DNA of 44,194 nucleotides from Gammaproteobacteria bacterium. GTDB taxonomy: Bacteria; Pseudomonadota; Gammaproteobacteria; Steroidobacterales; Rariloculaceae. Of this stretch, positions 39,854 to 44,194 are shown piece by piece (within the stretch, counting starts at the first letter, position 1; every line of letters begins with the position of its first letter). The stretch is from NCBI GenBank assembly GCA_963581225.1, contig CAUZMW010000003.1, positions 1-44,194 on the forward strand. Reading direction: 5' to 3'. A program made the translations under genes and the position numbers. The notes under the pieces were generated by a model. It did not search any database, was not told the origin of the DNA, and saw only the letters and a program-made list of their open reading frames with translations.

Positions 39854-40071
39854 GGCTGGAGAGCGCCGATCGTCCGCCGCTCGGCCTCGAATCGCCGCAT
39901 TCTCTGTACCCCGCGTGGAAATTGAGCCGCAGAGCGTGATGTCTGCTTTTCTCCCCGAAAGCAGCCGTAAAAAACGCAGGTTTAGACTCGGTCGCTATGT
40001 CTGCTGTCGGCATTCGTGCGTCTTCCATACGTTCAGCCTCTCGGCCGGCAACAGGATCTGGCTCGCTAATC

Positions 40072-41313
40072 TCAGGCAAGATTCATACGGTGGGTACAGG
40101 TCATCGATGCCAGATCCAGCCGCGCTATATGATCGTCTACCGAACAGGCGATGAACGCTGCGTCCTGATCGGGTAGGAAGGCGATGTGCGAGGAGCCACG
40201 CCCGACTTCGACTCTTGCGCTTTCAGCTTGAGACTGTGTGTCGTAGACACGTACATAGTCGGAGGAAAACCCCGTCGCGACGACCCAGCGTCCGTTTGGA
40301 GAGATGCCGAGTCCGTGCGGATAGGCCTCGGTTTTAAGAGTCGCGATCTTGTCCATGCTCTCGGTGTCGAATATCGACAGCGTGTCATCGAGAAAATTAG
40401 CGACGTAGAGCGAGCGGCCGTCCGGCGAGATCTCCGGCTGGTGCGCCCAGGGTCCGCTGGCGACCTGTGCTAGCAAATCGCCCTCTATCGACAGGCAACT
40501 TACCGTGCCGTCGAAAGTATTCGCCGAGTAGAGTTTGCCGCCATCCGGATGGAGCACTAGATGCGACGGCCCGTCCCCTACGCGAAAGCGACCAAGTATC
40601 CTGCCATCCTCGAGATCTACGCTGACGATGTTGCCGTCGCCGGCGCAGGGCACGAACACGCACCTGCCGTCCGGCGTAAGCAAGGGATCGTGGGGGCAGG
40701 CGCCGACGTCCAGCGTCTGTACTTCGTAATCCTGGGTCCGCGGCCGCACGATGGTCAGCGTACCGGTGCCGCCCCCTGTGACGCAGACGATGCCGTCGTC
40801 GGTTACCGCGGGCAGCTGTGGGGCTCCGGGCGCGGGCCACGCATGTTGTACCGAAAGGTCTGCGGTCGAGACCGCGAGCAGCTCGTTCGCTCCCGGGTCC
40901 GCGAGGAATACCCACTCTCCGGCACGATCAACCGCGAAGTGGGACGCTTTGGTCGCGATTTCGGCGACCTGGATGACCTCGCCCGTCACGGCGTCGAACT
41001 GGACCAGGCGCTTGGATCGCTCGCAGGCCCAAACGCCGGCTGATCCTGCCGCGGTCACGTGATGGAGCCCGGGGATCGTGCCCTGCCCCGGCGACAGACC
41101 GCGGCGAACCGTCAGCAGCCAGCCGCCGCCCTCATCTTCGTGAATGCGGTGCTTGGCGCCGGCCTCGATGAGCCAGATACGCAGGCTCGCGTCCACGGAG
41201 TCGAGGAGTACCGGGAATTCGGCGCCATCCTCAGCCGCATTGTAGGCACCGAGAATGGCGAGGCCCGCCTCGCGGGCCGGCATATCTCGACAGTCTAGTG
41301 TTTGCGGGTGCAT
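40072..41313 (-). CDS. YncE/YVTN-type beta-propeller protein with small N-terminal TusA-like domain
   Basis: About eight repeats such as VGACPHD..TPDGR, GDGPSHL..HPDG..LYSAN and AYPHGLGISPNG; N-terminal LDCRDMP. Confidence 0.8.
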   Translation of the reverse strand: MHPQTLDCRDMPAREAGLAILGAYNAAEDGAEFPVLLDSVDASLRIWLIEAGAKHRIHEDEGGGWLLTVRRGLSPGQGTIPGLHHVTAAGSAGVWACERSKRLVQFDAVTGEVIQVAEIATKASHFAVDRAGEWVFLADPGANELLAVSTADLSVQHAWPAPGAPQLPAVTDDGIVCVTGGGTGTLTIVRPRTQDYEVQTLDVGACPHDPLLTPDGRCVFVPCAGDGNIVSVDLEDGRILGRFRVGDGPSHLVLHPDGGKLYSANTFDGTVSCLSIEGDLLAQVASGPWAHQPEISPDGRSLYVANFLDDTLSIFDTESMDKIATLKTEAYPHGLGISPNGRWVVATGFSSDYVRVYDTQSQAESARVEVGRGSSHIAFLPDQDAAFIACSVDDHIARLDLASMTCTHRMNLA

Positions 41314-41340
41314 GGTGGGCTAGTTTAAGGTAGACGCGCT

Positions 41341-42636
41341 ATGGGTTCCTCTGCCACAGGACCAGCAGACCAACCGGAGCTATCGGGACACGGCCTGTTC
41401 GTCATCCTCGCCTCCACGGCCCTCGCGCTGCTGGCGACGCCGCTAGCGTCACCGGCGATGCCGGAGATCGCAAGAATATTCGCCGAGCAGGCGCAAACGG
41501 AAGCATTCGCGAGAATGGTCCTAGCCTCGATCAGCTTCCTGCCCGGTGAGCCGAACGCGATCTTCCTCGTCAAGTTCGTGCTGCTCTCGGTTCCCGCGCT
41601 GTTCATTATTATCGGCGCGCCGTTTATGGGCTGGATCAGCGACAACTGGGGCCGCAAGGGTCTACTCAATACGTCCTTGCTGATTTTTGGCATCGCGGGC
41701 GTGTCCGGCTATTTCGCCGAAAGCTTCGTGTTCATGTTCGCCGGGCGCGCTGTGCTAGGGCTCGCGATCGCCGGTATCAAAACTGCGACGATCTCGATGA
41801 TCGGCGACTACTACGAAGGCACAAAACGGCAGAAGGTCATCAGCTGGCAGGGTTCGGCGACGAAAGTCGGCGGCTTCGTCTTCATGTTCCTCGGCGGATA
41901 TCTCGCCAACGTCAGCTGGCAAGCACCGTTCCTGGGCTATGCGCTCGCGTTCTTGATACTTCCCAGCGCGCTGATCGCGCTCGGCGAGAGTCTGCCGAAA
42001 ACGGAGGTCGTCGCCGGCCCGAAGGAGGTCAGCGCGGTGCCGTTCTGGCCATGCACCTATGTGTTCATTTCCGCGACACTGGCTTCGGGTTTGTTCTTTA
42101 TAACGCCAGTCCAACTGCCTTTCTATCTCACGTCGGCGTTCGACGCGTCGCCGCTGCAAACGGGATCCGCGGTCGGTGCCGGCAATACCGTCGGCGCGAT
42201 CATCGCGTTGACGTACTACCGCTTCAAACTTCGCCTCAACTACGTGGCGATTTACGCCATAATTTTTCTGTCGATGTCGATCGGCTATTACGTCCTGACG
42301 CTGATGCCGACATACGGAACGTCGCTGATCGCCATGGTCATCGGCGGGATCGGCTTCGGGCTGTACATACCCAACCACAGTTCGTGGATTCTCTCCGTCG
42401 TCGGTCCCGAGCGGCGCGGCTACGGCGTCGGCCTGGTGACGACGGCGATGTTCCTGGGCCAGTTTCTGGCACCGATCGTCGCGGAACCGTTGATCGAACT
42501 GGACGACCCGGGCGCCGTGTGGCGGAAACTCAGCGGCTTGCTGCTCGGACTAGCGGTAGTGTATTTCGTGCTCGCGAGGAAGGGCGGGCAGGCGAACCCG
42601 GTGGGGCAGTCGGCGGCCGAGGGCGCTGCGAGATAA
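41341..42636 (+). CDS. MFS transporter
   Basis: SPAMPEI, motif A GWISDNWGRK, GRAVLG, IGDYY...R, WQAPF; about 12 TM helices. Confidence 0.9.
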   Translation: MGSSATGPADQPELSGHGLFVILASTALALLATPLASPAMPEIARIFAEQAQTEAFARMVLASISFLPGEPNAIFLVKFVLLSVPALFIIIGAPFMGWISDNWGRKGLLNTSLLIFGIAGVSGYFAESFVFMFAGRAVLGLAIAGIKTATISMIGDYYEGTKRQKVISWQGSATKVGGFVFMFLGGYLANVSWQAPFLGYALAFLILPSALIALGESLPKTEVVAGPKEVSAVPFWPCTYVFISATLASGLFFITPVQLPFYLTSAFDASPLQTGSAVGAGNTVGAIIALTYYRFKLRLNYVAIYAIIFLSMSIGYYVLTLMPTYGTSLIAMVIGGIGFGLYIPNHSSWILSVVGPERRGYGVGLVTTAMFLGQFLAPIVAEPLIELDDPGAVWRKLSGLLLGLAVVYFVLARKGGQANPVGQSAAEGAAR

Positions 42637-42839
42637 CTCCCGGAAGGGGTTAATCGACGAACCCCAGCCTGCTCCGCATCTCGACGAACTCGGGTCGCTC
42701 AAGAACCGAATCCCCCAAAAGGCCTAGGCTCTATCGCTTCAGTATCCTCGCGACATGATGACCTCAGGGGAAACGCATCTGCCAGAGCACCATACTATGG
42801 TATGTATAAATTGCAATATATTTAGCCATACAATATAAC

Positions 42840-42961
42840 GTGCGCGAGGTAACATTCAGCTGGGACGCTGCCACGGAAGCGGCGAATCGATCCGACTATT
42901 TGGCGCGGGCTACTGGAGAAAAGGCAGACGAATCTATGAGCAAAAAAATTACTTACACTGA
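42840..42961 (+). pseudogene. BrnT-like toxin remnant with internal deletion
   Basis: N-terminal VTFSWDAATEAANR joins out of frame to IRLFGAGYWRKGRRIYEQKNYLH* (42890-42961); the middle of the gene is absent. Confidence 0.7.
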
Positions 42962-43199
42962 CGGGCCGATAGGAGAGGTAGAAATTGTCAAAGATTCCTT
43001 ACCTCCACCCGAAGACCTAGTGTTCAAAGAGGATACTGTCAAGATAACGATCGCGCTCAGCAGAAAGAGCGTCGACTTTTTTAAGGAGAAGGCCGCGGAA
43101 CTCGATACGTCGTATCAGAAAATGATCCGGCGGCTGCTCGACTCGTACGCAAGAGCACATCAGTACGACAAAGTGTCAGGAACGAAGCAAGATCGATAG
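42936..43199 (+). CDS. BrnA/CopG-like ribbon-helix-helix antitoxin
   Basis: MSKKITYTD...LPPPEDL...KITIALS..SVDFFK...YQKMIRRLLD.YA; overlaps the 3' end of the toxin remnant. Confidence 0.8.
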   Translation: MSKKITYTDGPIGEVEIVKDSLPPPEDLVFKEDTVKITIALSRKSVDFFKEKAAELDTSYQKMIRRLLDSYARAHQYDKVSGTKQDR

Positions 43200-43260
43200 C
43201 CTCTATTGGCGATATGATCGGCACACGAATACCAGCAACAACAATCGATCGGGGGGTCTG

Positions 43261-44194
43261 ATGAATAACTCGAGCAGAATTGCGTGCACGCTGGCCGGCG
43301 GGCTGATACTCGCGACCGCGTTGGCACAGGACGACGTACTCATCATCGGCCGGGAAGGCGGTCGCTGTGCCGAAGACACGGCCTGCTTCAACCGTATCCA
43401 TCCGGACATTCCGATGGCGGCGCAGGCCGCACCCGACCAGACCATTATTTTCAGGACCCGAAACGCGGGCGATTACGATGCGAATCCTGCCAGTACGTAC
43501 GAGGACCCGCGGGGCGAGCAGCCTTACACTTCCGCCGTTCACCCACTGACCGGGCCGGTCTATATCGAGGGCGCGGCTGCGGGCGACGTGCTCGCGGTCA
43601 CGATTCTCGACATCGATCCGGCCGACTATGGCTACACACGCATCGTATCGATCGGCTTTATCACCGATCTGATCGAAGGACCGGCGCAGGCGCTATGGCG
43701 TCTGAATCGTCAGGAGGCAGTCTCCGACGACATCCCGGGCGTGCGCATTCCGAACGCTAGCTTCCCCGGAATCGTGACCACATTGCCCGGGCCCGACGAA
43801 CATGCGGTGATGCTCGCGCGGGAAACGGAGCTCCTCGCCGCAGGTGGCACGGTCAATCCGCCGAATCCCCAATTCGCGGTCCCCACGTCGCTCTGTGGAC
43901 GGGAAGGCAGTCAGCGCGAAGCATGCCTGCGCACGGGCCCGCCGCGTGAGCACGGCGGCAATATGGATATTCGCTATCTGGGCGTCGGCGTAACGATTTA
44001 TCTGCCGTGCTACATCGACGGCTGCGGACTCGCCATCGGCGACCTGCACTTCGCGCAGGGCGACGGTGAAGTGTCGGGCACGGCAATCGAGATGGATGCC
44101 GACGTGACGTTGACCACACGCGTAATCAAGGGCGGCCCCGGACTGTCGCGCGGACCGCACTACGAGGGACCGTCGCGCCTACTGGACATCCCGT
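43261..44194 (+). CDS. Acetamidase/formamidase family protein with signal peptide (3' end outside window)
   Basis: Own translation: MNNSSRIACTLAGGLILATALAQ, NRIHPDIP, VHPLTGPVYIEGA, REHGGNMD, GDLHFAQGDGEVSGTAIEM; absent from the ORF track because there is no stop in the window. Confidence 0.9.
   Translation, partial: MNNSSRIACTLAGGLILATALAQDDVLIIGREGGRCAEDTACFNRIHPDIPMAAQAAPDQTIIFRTRNAGDYDANPASTYEDPRGEQPYTSAVHPLTGPVYIEGAAAGDVLAVTILDIDPADYGYTRIVSIGFITDLIEGPAQALWRLNRQEAVSDDIPGVRIPNASFPGIVTTLPGPDEHAVMLARETELLAAGGTVNPPNPQFAVPTSLCGREGSQREACLRTGPPREHGGNMDIRYLGVGVTIYLPCYIDGCGLAIGDLHFAQGDGEVSGTAIEMDADVTLTTRVIKGGPGLSRGPHYEGPSRLLDIP

Noticed and set aside
42840-43199. 119-aa ORF as a genuine novel protein
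   Set aside because: Better explained as a toxin-remnant start fused in frame to the antitoxin by a deletion; the antitoxin has its own ATG at 42936.

Overview
GC-rich bacterial chromosomal window, most likely from a gammaproteobacterium (judged from the cysB/cysG/cysH types). 1-10.5 kb holds a tightly coupled tetrapyrrole operon: hemA(partial)-hemC-hemD-hemB-hemL-[sensor kinase-response regulator]-hemE-chdC-like-ferrochelatase-flavin amine oxidase. It looks like a coproporphyrin-dependent heme pathway with no recognisable hemY/hemF/hemN in the window. 10.6-16.5 kb holds sulfur/siroheme genes (cysH pseudogene, cysB, cysG, cysK) and ndh. 16.5-22.6 kb is a decayed patchwork of gene remnants, two small-protein/SSS symporter pairs and a GT4. 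22.7-33.6 kb encodes exported hydrolases and envelope proteins (two PhoD paralogues, PepSY-TM, signal-peptide MDR, DUF6152-like, CBM9/DUF5916-like, interrupted deacetylase, M20 peptidase). 33.6-39.9 kb is a czcCBA-type efflux operon. It is preceded by a His-rich membrane leader ORF ending in a RAPP arrest-like motif and followed by a terminator-like hairpin, the best candidate for an undescribed system (a metal-sensing ribosome-stalling attenuator). The end holds a His-rich beta-propeller, an MFS transporter, a deleted BrnT toxin with intact antitoxin and a partial exported formamidase-family gene. A REP-like palindrome family occurs at three sites. No rRNA, tRNA, CRISPR or transposase was seen. 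All family calls come from motifs recognised by eye, not database searches.
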